Position numbers and translations under genes: made by a program | The notes under the pieces: model-generated | What the model was told of the DNA's origin: nothing | The model's database searches: none | What the model saw: only the letters and a program-made list of their open reading frames with translations | In this document: positions 20,118 through 29,362 of the stretch, one piece after another | Numbering within the stretch: the stretch's first letter is position 1 | Layout: each line of letters starts with the position of its first letter | IMG/VR virus record: IMGVR_UViG_3300009167_000009 | Coordinates: 1-60,258 of that record | Reading direction: 5' to 3' (one strand) | Length of the DNA stretch: 60,258 nucleotides | DNA from: a virus | Taxonomy: Duplodnaviria; Caudoviricetes

Positions 20118-21185
20118 CTATTTTTCGCCCGTTTCCGCCAACTCCTGCGGCGTGGGGTAGACGCCATTGGTCGGCACCCAGCGAACTGCGCCTCCGGCCA
20201 TGGACTCCGGTGCCAGCACCCAGAAGGGGTTCTGTTCCGGACGGTGCGCCCGTGGCAGCTGCGCGTCGGACGCATCGGCCGGATGCTTGCCATCCGGTGT
20301 CCAGGACGTCATGGCCGACATCGTGGCCCGTCCCGCCCGGTCACTGTGGCTGCCTAAGTTGGCCCAGATACGTTCGGGACAATGGATGTGCAGTTCCCGG
20401 AGCATCAGCTGCGCCACACAGTTAATTTCCCAGTCCATGACGTGTTCCAGCCGATTGGCCAGTACGCCCTTCAACGCCTGATAATTGTAGATGGCGTGGA
20501 TGTAGGTCTGCGTTCCCATCGTCAGCACGCGACGGGCATCCTGCCACGGGATCCCGGCATCGACTAGGGCCGCGTAGATGAACTTTCCTTGCTCAATGTG
20601 TTCCTCGATCACGGAGTCCAAGCCAATGGCTTTTGGTGGAACTCCTCGAACACTGGCTTCGTATTTCATCAGATCGTCAAGGGGTTTCCAACTTGTCACA
20701 CAACACCCTTCCGGGTAAGGTTGTGCTGATTTCTTTCCATGAGCGAGGTCAGCTTCACAGGCACGAGCAATCGTCTCGGGCATGGTCCAGCCCCGGTGCC
20801 GCCAATCGTTGTCGCGGCCTCCGTGCTGCATGAAGGCCGCGCCCATGCGCGTCCGAACCAGCTGGTGTGTGGTGGCTCGGCTCACCCCGTCGATGGTGAA
20901 CCAGAACGTCAGACCCTCCAACACCTGGGGCAACGTCTGCCCGGCGAAACACCGGTCCAGATAAGCGTCGGCATCCGGGTTGTCTGTAGCTTCGTTCACA
21001 ATGCGCGATGGGGATTCACCCCAGTTCGCTTGTAAGGCGTCGTACATGGGGCGCTCGAAGTCCTTCGGACCCCAGGTGTCCAAGGTCACCGTGATCCCGT
21101 AGGGACCACGTGAGATCGGTGTGGTCGGCGGCTCACCCGTATGCACAGCATGAGGCCGATGGCCCACGTCAGTTGGTTTTGGCAC
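20118..21185 (-). CDS. thyX: divergent FAD-dependent thymidylate synthase (ThyX-like)
   Basis: FTIDGVSRATTHQLVRTR...R, GIPWQDARRVL, NRL...WEI; signature residues substituted. Confidence 0.8.
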   Translation of the reverse strand: MPKPTDVGHRPHAVHTGEPPTTPISRGPYGITVTLDTWGPKDFERPMYDALQANWGESPSRIVNEATDNPDADAYLDRCFAGQTLPQVLEGLTFWFTIDGVSRATTHQLVRTRMGAAFMQHGGRDNDWRHRGWTMPETIARACEADLAHGKKSAQPYPEGCCVTSWKPLDDLMKYEASVRGVPPKAIGLDSVIEEHIEQGKFIYAALVDAGIPWQDARRVLTMGTQTYIHAIYNYQALKGVLANRLEHVMDWEINCVAQLMLRELHIHCPERIWANLGSHSDRAGRATMSAMTSWTPDGKHPADASDAQLPRAHRPEQNPFWVLAPESMAGGAVRWVPTNGVYPTPQELAETGEK

Positions 21186-22152
21186 GTTTTTCCTCCTTGT
21201 CCATAATGTCTTGTAACGAGGTGACCCACGATAGTTGCCCGTCTATCCACTCTAATTTCGCCTTGGGTTGTAAGGCCGGGTGTCGCTGCATCCAGTAGGT
21301 GCGAATCCCAGCTTGAAGATACTGACGGACGAATTGTTCTTCATCGTCAACAGCGAACATGACTTGTCTACTGATATCTCGGACATTGATCTGATGGGCT
21401 TTGTCGAATCCCCACCAGACAAAGTCATACGCGAACGCGCCGTGATTTAACCAGTGTAGGGTGTCATCGTAAAGCGTCGGGTACTTGTCAATCGGGCGTG
21501 AGGTTAGGATGATGATCTTCCATCCCTTGTCCCGGCACCACCGGGTAAACTCCGCGGCCTTTGGCCGAGCGGGCAGCATCCGTTTCGCCCCCGAGGTGCG
21601 GAAGGCGTGTTTGATTTCCAGCCACACCTGCTGACTGCATTGCAAGGATGCGGCGTTGATCCACTCGACACCGTGGGCCAATTCCTCTAATGCTTCACTT
21701 GAGGCCCCTACCGCATCCGTCCACAGCGTGGACTTGATCCACTGGACCAGTCCCCGTGGATAGTCGCACAACACGTTGTCCAGGTCTAGAATGACCATCG
21801 GCCCGGTCAACTGCTGGACCCATTCTTCGACATACCGTTGACGGACGGCTGCCGATTTGCGCCAGTACGCGTCGTCCAGTTCTTCCTCGGTGAACCCCCA
21901 CACCTGCGCCACGGTGATCCAGTACTTGCGAATGTCCGTCAACTCCGCCAGGATCTGCGGTCGGTTTTCCGGCACGACCTCCCGCCGATGGGACTTCCAC
22001 GCCCCACTGGCCCGGAGCAATTCATCGCACTCCGAAATCAGGTGTAGTACCATCTCCTTGGTCAGGGCGGTGCGCTCCGGATAGGTGGTTGGCCAGTTGG
22101 GGCGTAGCAATCGATTGAATTCATGTTGATCGCGCCAGATGTCACTGTCCAT
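21169..22152 (-). CDS. dimeric dUTPase/MazG-like NTP pyrophosphatase fused to HAD 5'-nucleotidase
   Basis: N-half ISECDELL..WKSH..AELTDI..AYWRK; C-half ILDLDNVLCD, LTSRP, K, VDD HAD motifs. Confidence 0.8.
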   Translation of the reverse strand: MDSDIWRDQHEFNRLLRPNWPTTYPERTALTKEMVLHLISECDELLRASGAWKSHRREVVPENRPQILAELTDIRKYWITVAQVWGFTEEELDDAYWRKSAAVRQRYVEEWVQQLTGPMVILDLDNVLCDYPRGLVQWIKSTLWTDAVGASSEALEELAHGVEWINAASLQCSQQVWLEIKHAFRTSGAKRMLPARPKAAEFTRWCRDKGWKIIILTSRPIDKYPTLYDDTLHWLNHGAFAYDFVWWGFDKAHQINVRDISRQVMFAVDDEEQFVRQYLQAGIRTYWMQRHPALQPKAKLEWIDGQLSWVTSLQDIMDKEEKRAKTN

Positions 22153-22330
22153 GTTTCACCTGCTTGTGAGGAACGGCAGAAATACGTTTGCTCCAAACAT
22201 GGCTGCACACATTACACACCAGTTCGTAGAAGTGAAGCTGATGCGTGGCCGTGCGGGTCTGTGTCTCGGACATCTCTAGTAATGTCGGATCTTTGTTTCC
22301 ACACTTCGGGCAGACCGCGCCTTTGGTCAT
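22142..22330 (-). CDS. small Zn-ribbon protein
   Basis: CPKC...CNVC; 62 aa; ATGA overlap with upstream gene. Confidence 0.65.
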   Translation of the reverse strand: MTKGAVCPKCGNKDPTLLEMSETQTRTATHQLHFYELVCNVCSHVWSKRISAVPHKQVKHGQ

Positions 22331-22722
22331 GCGGTTCTCCGTTTCCGGACTACGCGAAGTTTCCCGACTTTCACCGGTTGGCTCTGCGCCCTTGCCTCGG
22401 GCAAGGCCTGGTGAACGACATGAGCAATTTGATACCGATACAGCATGGACTGGTCGACGCCACGCGGCGTCACCCACTGCGGCGGGTCGTGTGGCTCGTC
22501 GCTGGGCGCGGCGGTACCGCCCGCGTATCTTGCTGTATTCCCGCGATGATAGGTGTCGGTCGTTTCCAACAACAGGTCATGCCACAGTTGGCCGGTCGTC
22601 AACGGCTCCCGCCGACGTTGCTGTTTACGCCGGGTGCGTTCCTGTCGCACTGACTGGAGGTACGCCCGCCGTTCGGAGACCAAAGCGGTCAGCCCATGCC
22701 ACAATGCGATCATACGTTTCAT
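22327..22722 (-). CDS. hypothetical protein
   Basis: 131 aa with GGAGG RBS; overlaps flavoprotein 3' end. Confidence 0.5.
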   Translation of the reverse strand: MKRMIALWHGLTALVSERRAYLQSVRQERTRRKQQRRREPLTTGQLWHDLLLETTDTYHRGNTARYAGGTAAPSDEPHDPPQWVTPRGVDQSMLYRYQIAHVVHQALPEARAQSQPVKVGKLRVVRKRRTA

Positions 22723-23503
22723 GGATTAACTCCTCCGGCAACCAGGCCGCAAACCGGCCGAAACAGAAGATGTTCTTGTCCACTAACTGCGCCACAGTCT
22801 GCGCAGCGCGGGGGTTGTGGTGAATCTTTCCTGGAACAATTTTCCGGGCGGTGCTGCCCGGCATCGGAGACAGCGCTTCGTAATGTCGCTCGTTCCCCCG
22901 ATCCGTGAACCGGTAGGGCGCAACCGTAGGGTCTGAGATATAGTTGACATAGACCATGTTCGGCGGGTAGGGCGCGTCCGGGGGACGTTCACTGACCTTG
23001 ACAAAGATCGGGTCATACCGAAAGGTTGATCCTATCGATACATCCAGCATCCGCAGCAACGCGTACAAGGGAATGGTCGAGACAAGAATTTCGTATTCGA
23101 GATACTTCCCGTTCCGCAGATGTAGTTCGTGTCGAACCATGTCGATGTGTGTAACGGCGCAGCCATAGTCGATTCGGGGATCGGGAAAGGCACAGTCATA
23201 TCCCGTGGTCTGTAACATGAACTGGTCGGATAAGTGATCCGTCACGTCCCAAGCCTTTCCAATCTTGACCTTATACGCCAGCACATTTTCCTTGGTCGCG
23301 GGTGCGCCGTCAACGTGCGTAATGACTGGGAAAGACGTCACCGGCAATCCCGGTATCGGCTTCCATAAATAGTTGGCCCCATACCGGCGGGTCTGGGGCT
23401 TATGCACCTGGTCTGGCGGTCGCCAATCCAGCAAACGGGTCTGCGGCACCACCAACTGGACCAGTTGGCCGGTGATCCCGCCCCCGATGCAGACGATTCT
23501 CAC
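22625..23503 (-). CDS. FAD-dependent oxidoreductase, UDP-galactopyranose mutase-like
   Basis: N-terminal Rossmann IVCIGGGITG; LVSTIPL; C-terminal FGRFAAW; GTG start after AAGGAGG. Confidence 0.7.
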   Translation of the reverse strand: MRIVCIGGGITGQLVQLVVPQTRLLDWRPPDQVHKPQTRRYGANYLWKPIPGLPVTSFPVITHVDGAPATKENVLAYKVKIGKAWDVTDHLSDQFMLQTTGYDCAFPDPRIDYGCAVTHIDMVRHELHLRNGKYLEYEILVSTIPLYALLRMLDVSIGSTFRYDPIFVKVSERPPDAPYPPNMVYVNYISDPTVAPYRFTDRGNERHYEALSPMPGSTARKIVPGKIHHNPRAAQTVAQLVDKNIFCFGRFAAWLPEELIHETYDRIVAWADRFGLRTAGVPPVSATGTHPA

Positions 23504-23778
23504 GTGAGCCTCCTTCGAAGGTCTTGTAACAGACGCCCTGTCTTGGGCGTATGGTCGCATCGGTGCGGCGTCCCGTCCGAGCGACGAAGCCGCCAATGGT
23601 GCGGCCACATCTCGTGCCAGTAGAGCGGATACTCCCCGCAGAATTTGCAGCGTTTGGGTTGCGGTCCCCTGAGCCGACTGATGTCACAGCCGATGTAGGG
23701 CAAGTCTTCGTATTCGTCCCATTCAAGGCCGTTGTCCCAGTCCGCACTTCCCAGCAGCCAATCTGCCATGTCGCCCAT
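23500..23778 (-). CDS. hypothetical protein (CxxC)
   Basis: 92 aa coupled by TGATG/GTGA overlaps. Confidence 0.55.
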   Translation of the reverse strand: MGDMADWLLGSADWDNGLEWDEYEDLPYIGCDISRLRGPQPKRCKFCGEYPLYWHEMWPHHWRLRRSDGTPHRCDHTPKTGRLLQDLRRRLT

Positions 23779-24788
23779 CACACACCTTCTAACTCCATGA
23801 AGATGCGGTCGCGCTGGTAGAATCCCGTGGTATCCCGGCGCGAACAGATCGGCAGCATGTGGCACGTTCCGTACTTGTTTTCACAGTGTGCCGAATTCTT
23901 GTAGTGGCCCGTCTGGCCCCGCCACCACATCAGGAAATCACCCACCAGATCCATCAACTCCTGTTCTGCGCGATCCAAGTCACGCATGTCTATGGTCATG
24001 TCCATCCGAATGAAGTAGAAGTCGGGGCGGTCGTGGATGTCCGCGACGATCCTGGCGCCGAATTGCGCTAAGGATTCCTGCTGTTTTTGCCTGAGTTGGG
24101 GCCGACGCAGGATGTTGTATTTGACCCCCGCCGGAGTTTTCCCCAGCATCTTGTACAGGGCAATCAAGTAGGTATTGACCTGTAGCTCGAACGGCATGAT
24201 ATCGACCAACGCGCCTTCTTCAATACGTCCCTTGGTCTTGGTCTCAAACAACCACGGCCGGTCGCTACCCTCCTTGAAGAACACGCCGTCCATCTTGCCC
24301 CGCAGGAATGTCTTCCAGGGGGTGCGGCCCGCGTGTCCGCTGATAGGAATTTTGAACTCGTGTTCCAGCCCTTTCTCCATCCAGTGTATCTGGGTGAAAT
24401 CATCCACCCAGTGTTTGAAGTAGATAGGGAGAATGGCCGCGGACAGGGTTTCAACTTGTTCCAGGAACTGGACAGCTTTGGCACTGGCCAATGGATTCTC
24501 CGTGCGCCATTCCTTGGCGATGTCCTGCAACAGTCCCTGGATGCGGTCCTCGGTCGGGGGTTTCTTCAACCGTTTGGCTTGCGCATCGGCATACACCCGA
24601 TGGAAGACCTCGTGGACGACATCTCCGAAGATGAGGGGGAAACTGGGTTCGACAGCGGTCCAGCCATTCAGCCCCAACCGACACAGCTCGCGGCAATCCT
24701 TGAATGCCGTGAGCAAACTGAATGTGACGCCATCCCGTTCAGGATCGTAGCGCACTGGCAACGATGTGGGAGTTTTCTTTACTTTCAT
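23778..24788 (-). CDS. PD-(D/E)xK exonuclease (RecB/Cas4-like, Fe-S)
   Basis: GKMDG, ETKTK, QVNTY; N-terminal Cys plus C-terminal C..C..C cluster. Confidence 0.85.
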   Translation of the reverse strand: MKVKKTPTSLPVRYDPERDGVTFSLLTAFKDCRELCRLGLNGWTAVEPSFPLIFGDVVHEVFHRVYADAQAKRLKKPPTEDRIQGLLQDIAKEWRTENPLASAKAVQFLEQVETLSAAILPIYFKHWVDDFTQIHWMEKGLEHEFKIPISGHAGRTPWKTFLRGKMDGVFFKEGSDRPWLFETKTKGRIEEGALVDIMPFELQVNTYLIALYKMLGKTPAGVKYNILRRPQLRQKQQESLAQFGARIVADIHDRPDFYFIRMDMTIDMRDLDRAEQELMDLVGDFLMWWRGQTGHYKNSAHCENKYGTCHMLPICSRRDTTGFYQRDRIFMELEGV

Positions 24789-25270
24789 GTGGTCTCCTTT
24801 AAGTCTTTGAACCACAGACCAATGCCCACGGCATCCCAGGCATGTGTCTTAACACCCGATGTCTGCGCCCACTCCTTTCCTAGACGAGTAATGATGCGGT
24901 CGGTGACAATGCTTTTCGGCAGCTGCCCTTTCCAAGTCGACGGTTTGACCGGCACAAACTGGCAAGACGGATTTCTGCCAGCGATATACCCGACCAGAAA
25001 TGTCAATTTCTGCAAATCGCCTTTGGCCCATCCCATGCTGCGGGCGGTTCCCGACTGAAACTCGGGAAACTCACACACGACGATGGGCTGCGATGTCAAG
25101 TGGGGCAGGTGCTGCACGATCCGCTCACACCGCCCCGCCAATTCCCCTAACGGGGGCGGGGGAATGACGCCTACGGCGTCGGGAGCTTCCGTATCCGCAT
25201 ACCAGATAGCCCATCCCGTTCCCGCAAGACCGGGGTCAATGGCGAGTAGTGTACGGTAACGTCGTGCCAT
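24785..25270 (-). CDS. RuvC-like Holliday junction resolvase
   Basis: LAIDPG, VCE, PSTWK, HAWDAVGIG. Confidence 0.8.
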   Translation of the reverse strand: MARRYRTLLAIDPGLAGTGWAIWYADTEAPDAVGVIPPPPLGELAGRCERIVQHLPHLTSQPIVVCEFPEFQSGTARSMGWAKGDLQKLTFLVGYIAGRNPSCQFVPVKPSTWKGQLPKSIVTDRIITRLGKEWAQTSGVKTHAWDAVGIGLWFKDLKETT

Positions 25271-25370
25271 GCGCCCTTCCACGTCCGCGTGCAGCGGAGG
25301 AAACACTCCAAACAAGTGAAATGCGGGATCTCCACTTCATTCGGACACCCCGGACAAATGCAACCATATC

Positions 25371-25523
25371 CTAACGGGGGATGCTGGCGATCATGCCTTG
25401 TAGAACTTTGAACGCCCACACCACCCACGCGAACGACAGCAGCAGTAGTCCCAGCATCGCCAAGACGCCGACCACGGATCCGAACTGCCCGACGATGAAG
25501 GTAGGCCATGACTTGTCACTCAT
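25371..25523 (-). CDS. small single-TM membrane protein
   Basis: Manual translation MSDKSWPTFIVGQFGSVVGVLAMLGLLLLSFAWVVWAF..., 50 aa; below ORF-track cutoff. Confidence 0.5.
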   Translation of the reverse strand: MSDKSWPTFIVGQFGSVVGVLAMLGLLLLSFAWVVWAFKVLQGMIASIPR

Positions 25524-26958
25524 CTTTGTCTCCAATGTACAGTTGTTTAATCCGCGTTTTCAGCGGGGTGGTCGCCAGCATCGCGTTTCGCGCAAACAGC
25601 CGGTTCCCGCCATAGACAATGGCGAAGTCACGTTTCACGTTCTCGAGCAGACGAGACATGAACGTGCGGGCGGTGACACTTTTATCTTTCAAGGTGTCGA
25701 CAACTGCCGTATCGACGGTGTTGCGCGTAATCAAGTCAATGTACAGCAACGGTTCGTGTTTCAACGGATGCACGATGCGGTCCTCGGACTGCGCCCGGCC
25801 CTCATAATCGTAGTCGTTGGAATAGTAGATAGCGGTCGAGGCCCGCGATAGGTTCAGCCCGAACTTTCCACATTTGACTTGCATTAGCATGACCTGCACC
25901 TGCCCTTCCTGAAACAACTGTTGATAGCTGCGTCGAAGGTCAGGCGGGGTGTCCCCCGTGATACTGCGATAACTGATGCCCGCCCCGTCAAGGCGGGACG
26001 CGACATGGTGCAGTTCTTCGTTGAACCGGAACCAGACGACAACCGGCTCATTCTTCAATTCCGAGGACAGTAGAAGGAGAATTTCCTCGGCCTTCGCATC
26101 TGAGATCAATTCCGGATGATCTTGATCTGGGCTAAATCCCCCGGCCAGCCGTGCCGCCCACACGTACTGGGTCACTACCCACTTTGTCTCGAGGTCTTTA
26201 AAGGCGAACTTCCGCATCACCTGGTAATACCAGCGACCTTGGGGTTTGGTCATGCTGACATACCGGCGTTCGTAGACCTTTCGTTCGCCCATGCCTGCGG
26301 CCTTCCGGGTCAGGACGAACGCCAACCGATGCACCTCCTTCTTCACCAGGTCCACCGTCCCGGTCTTCGGCATCCACTCCCATCCTTTGACATCCGGGTA
26401 AAAGTAGCGGTCTCGAAATGACCAGAAATTGTACCGATCCAGGAACTGACCGTGGAGAAACGCCAGTTGACAGTAGTAGTCGAGCGCACCTTCTGGGGCC
26501 GGTAATCCGGACAGGATCGCCCGTCGCGTGATGTGTGCCGTGCGCGTCAGGAGGAAACGGGTCGTCTTTGCTTTAGGATTCCGAATCCGGGTTGACTCAT
26601 CCAGAATGAGCGCCGACCACGGCAACGCCAGTAGCTGCGGGGCATGGACGATGGCTTCGTAATTGCACAACGCCCAGCCCTCGTCGATCTCATTCGCCAT
26701 AGCCACACGGTCACGGGTCGGGCCTTCTAAGAAGAAGACGTCCGTGGCACGGACATCTTCTTTGGACAGTTCCTCGACCCACCCCGGCAACACCGACAAC
26801 GGGGCCAGGACCAGGATCCGGCCGCACCGATGGTGCTTGGCCCAGTGGATAGCGACCTTGGTCTTTCCCAGGCGCATCTCCATGAATAGGGCGATACGGT
26901 TCCGCGTCTGCGCGTACCGCAACGCCTCGTGCTGCTGCGGCAGTAGGGTGCGCGACAT
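25516..26958 (-). CDS. SNF2-family helicase
   Basis: MRLGKT, ILDES, LSGLP, GLNL, QSEDRI. Confidence 0.9.
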   Translation of the reverse strand: MSRTLLPQQHEALRYAQTRNRIALFMEMRLGKTKVAIHWAKHHRCGRILVLAPLSVLPGWVEELSKEDVRATDVFFLEGPTRDRVAMANEIDEGWALCNYEAIVHAPQLLALPWSALILDESTRIRNPKAKTTRFLLTRTAHITRRAILSGLPAPEGALDYYCQLAFLHGQFLDRYNFWSFRDRYFYPDVKGWEWMPKTGTVDLVKKEVHRLAFVLTRKAAGMGERKVYERRYVSMTKPQGRWYYQVMRKFAFKDLETKWVVTQYVWAARLAGGFSPDQDHPELISDAKAEEILLLLSSELKNEPVVVWFRFNEELHHVASRLDGAGISYRSITGDTPPDLRRSYQQLFQEGQVQVMLMQVKCGKFGLNLSRASTAIYYSNDYDYEGRAQSEDRIVHPLKHEPLLYIDLITRNTVDTAVVDTLKDKSVTARTFMSRLLENVKRDFAIVYGGNRLFARNAMLATTPLKTRIKQLYIGDKDE

Positions 26959-26960
26959 GG

Positions 26961-27230
26961 TCAGCGGTCAGAAACGGTGTGGCCATTGTCTGTGGCCGGG
27001 ATGACGAATAACAGCCCTTTCAGCAGGGTGCGGCACCCCAGTTTCAGTTCCCCATCGTTGTCGGTGTAGACCGCAACAATCTCAGCTTTATGCTCAGCGG
27101 GAAAGGTTGAAACATAGATGATCGGATCGTCTACCGGCCAGCGGTAACTGCCGACGGGAATGGAATCCGCTTTGGTGATGATGCGGCCGACCAGGTTGGT
27201 CTGCACGCGTGCGGGTGCTTTCGTGGCCAT
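26961..27230 (-). CDS. hypothetical protein
   Basis: 89 aa with GGAGG RBS. Confidence 0.6.
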   Translation of the reverse strand: MATKAPARVQTNLVGRIITKADSIPVGSYRWPVDDPIIYVSTFPAEHKAEIVAVYTDNDGELKLGCRTLLKGLLFVIPATDNGHTVSDR

Positions 27231-27301
27231 ACGACCTCCGATTCAGAATGTGAAAATGGGGTCCAGCCCCTATGATGCCCCGGCTGGACCCCGGCCTACG
27301 C

Positions 27302-27793
27302 CTACTCGGTCTCTTCCTCTTCGTCCTCGACGGGTTCGGCCTTCGCCTTCCGCCCTCGGACCTTCACCGGCTTTGACGGGGCCAGCTTTCCCATGCCCTT
27401 CGGCACGGACGGCGGTTTGCCGCCTCCGCCTCCGCCCCGGACCATGGGACTGCCCTGGGCATCGAACTCGGTCAACGTCTTGGCCGGAGGCTGGCCATCC
27501 TGACTCGCGCGCTTCCCGTGGTTGAACATGGAGCGGATGCCCTTGACGTGTGCGGTCGTAAAGGCCGCGGCCATTGGGAACTCGGCCCGCATGATCTCGG
27601 CCAGGCGCTCGTCGGTGAGCTTGGCCTTGTAATTCTCCCGCATCAGCTTGTCCTGAAACGCCATGACCCGCATCCCGGTCGTGCGCCCCAGGTACTTCGA
27701 CGGCGTCTCCTTCTTCGCCGCCTTGGCCTTCGGTTCCGTTGCCTCGGCCTTCGCCGGGGCCGTGGACCCCTTCACCCGCAGAATCTTCGCCAT
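27302..27793 (-). CDS. Lys/Ala-rich putative DNA-binding protein (paralog of 37938-38504)
   Basis: Core PSK...QD...KLTD..LA...R..FP.A...T..HV.G.R..FN.G shared with 37938-38504. Confidence 0.7.
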   Translation of the reverse strand: MAKILRVKGSTAPAKAEATEPKAKAAKKETPSKYLGRTTGMRVMAFQDKLMRENYKAKLTDERLAEIMRAEFPMAAAFTTAHVKGIRSMFNHGKRASQDGQPPAKTLTEFDAQGSPMVRGGGGGGKPPSVPKGMGKLAPSKPVKVRGRKAKAEPVEDEEEETE

Positions 27794-27916
27794 ACACACT
27801 CCGTTTTGACCGATGACAATACCGACCTTCCATGATGGAAGGCTGCCCCACTCGTGCCGGTTGTCATGGTCCCTGGTAAGGGCAGCAGGGGGTGGTGAAT
27901 CCCCATTGCACGGCTC

Positions 27917-27945
27917 ATATTACACCCCACCGAGCTTGGAAGCAA
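27917..27945 (-). promoter_or_regulatory. sigma70-like promoter upstream of the replication operon
   Basis: TTGCTT-N17-TAATAT on - strand. Confidence 0.55.
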
Positions 27946-28222
27946 CGGGTTTCGGGGCGCTTGAAACATTTATTTCAGGCCCGTCCTTGGCCCCCCGTCG
28001 CGGGCATACTTCTTCCAGCGCGGAACCGCTGAATCTGGGCTCGAACATCATCGGACGCGGCCGAACCACGGCAGGCCGTCCGCACCGATAGCACGTTGTG
28101 ATGTACAGCGGAAACATCACCCGGATGCTGGCATCGAACGGACGGAGCGCGTGGCCCAATTTCTGCGCGATGACCCGCGCTTCGTGTTTAATCTGACGAT
28201 GTGGACTGCGGTGATCGTCCAT
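27920..28222 (-). CDS. hypothetical protein
   Basis: MDDHRSP..., CxxC. Confidence 0.45.
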   Translation of the reverse strand: MDDHRSPHRQIKHEARVIAQKLGHALRPFDASIRVMFPLYITTCYRCGRPAVVRPRPMMFEPRFSGSALEEVCPRRGAKDGPEINVSSAPKPVASKLGGV

Positions 28223-28223
28223 G

Positions 28224-28466
28224 TCAGCACCACTTCGGATCGGTCGGGCAGTCCATGGCGACTGCGGGACCGCCAATGTCGATCTCATTCGGGGCCGGGT
28301 GCTGGATGACCTGCACATACGCGGGGCATTTCTCACACTTGGCCGCGCCACGATGCCCATGTGCCTCGGTCCAGCTGGTGGTGTTGATGCGCCGGATGAA
28401 GTGCCCTCGTACTTTGCACGCCAAGCGTGCGTCCTTCTTCAACTCTTCGTAGGTTCTGCCTAACAT
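28224..28466 (-). CDS. hypothetical protein
   Basis: 80 aa, GGAGG RBS, CxxC. Confidence 0.6.
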   Translation of the reverse strand: MLGRTYEELKKDARLACKVRGHFIRRINTTSWTEAHGHRGAAKCEKCPAYVQVIQHPAPNEIDIGGPAVAMDCPTDPKWC

Positions 28467-28480
28467 TGCCCCTCCAACTT

Positions 28481-28680
28481 TTTCACCTCACGTTTGGCGA
28501 ATGGGTGGCGTGTCGGCCCCCAGGTTGGGGGAAGGGGGGAACCCACCCCACCCACCCCCATTCTTTATCTCTCATATAGATCTTTCTTTTCTTATAGAAG
28601 GATATGTATGGGGATGGCGACCATGACTTCCCCCACCTGGGGCGGCGCATGGTGTCCATCCGCCAATCGTGAGCTGAATT
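28481..28680. repeat. palindromic origin-like element, copy 1
   Basis: ~48 bp imperfect inverted arms (28487-28534 / 28627-28673) with terminal TTCAnCTCACGnTTGGC motif around an AT-rich core. Confidence 0.75.
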
Positions 28681-28683
28681 GCT

Positions 28684-29070
28684 CTAATACTCCGGCAACC
28701 CATACACCCCTTTGATGGCCTGGACCACCTCCTTGGCCCGTTTTCGTAGCGTTTCATCTACGGTCTGGATGTCCGTGAACGACCAGTCAATGCCCTTGTT
28801 TGTCAGATCCTTGACAATGGACATGGCCTGCTTGATGGTCAGGATGCCGTGCAACACCCGCTGCCCCGTCGGGATGTGGGTCAGGGTCCAATCCTTCCCC
28901 TCCTGTTTCGGTTCCATGCTGCCCACTGGCACCGTCACCGGACGATGGAGGGCGAAGATGTCCTTGACCAAGATACGAGCGTCCACAACGTAGGGATAGA
29001 ACTCTCGTGGCCTGGCCCCTGGTACCTTTATCTGGATCGTAATGCGAGTCACTTTCGGTACATTCATCAT
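28684..29070 (-). CDS. hypothetical protein
   Basis: 128 aa, AAGGAG RBS; WTLTHIPTG motif. Confidence 0.65.
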   Translation of the reverse strand: MMNVPKVTRITIQIKVPGARPREFYPYVVDARILVKDIFALHRPVTVPVGSMEPKQEGKDWTLTHIPTGQRVLHGILTIKQAMSIVKDLTNKGIDWSFTDIQTVDETLRKRAKEVVQAIKGVYGLPEY

Positions 29071-29077
29071 TTCTCCT

Positions 29078-29362
29078 TTACCAGCGATACAGATCGGGAT
29101 GCACGGTCATGGCCGGGAGCTTCCGATACAGCTCGAAGCTGACGTTCATCCACCACGCCATCCCCTGTTCTGGCCAGAGTACGACGACATGCATCCAGCC
29201 ATCTCGATGAAAGGCATGGTCATAGATGATCGGAAACCGCGCTCCGGCCGGTAACCGGGTGAACCGGGGATGCTCGTACTGGTCGGTCCATCCTCGGCGG
29301 ACGCGTTCCCGCTCGGCCGCGAGCAACAATGGCCGCGTGAAATACCGCAATCTGCGCATCAC
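29078..29362 (-). CDS. hypothetical protein
   Basis: 94 aa ORF in early cluster. Confidence 0.5.
   Translation of the reverse strand: MMRRLRYFTRPLLLAAERERVRRGWTDQYEHPRFTRLPAGARFPIIYDHAFHRDGWMHVVVLWPEQGMAWWMNVSFELYRKLPAMTVHPDLYRW

Noticed and set aside
16926-23503. 2-aminoadenine (Z) or 7-deazaguanine pathway
   Set aside because: No PurZ, DpdA or QueC/D/E/FolE-like ORFs recognised.
23778-24788. Cas4-like nuclease as evidence of a CRISPR system
   Set aside because: No repeat-spacer array or other cas genes; the context is a standard phage recombination module.
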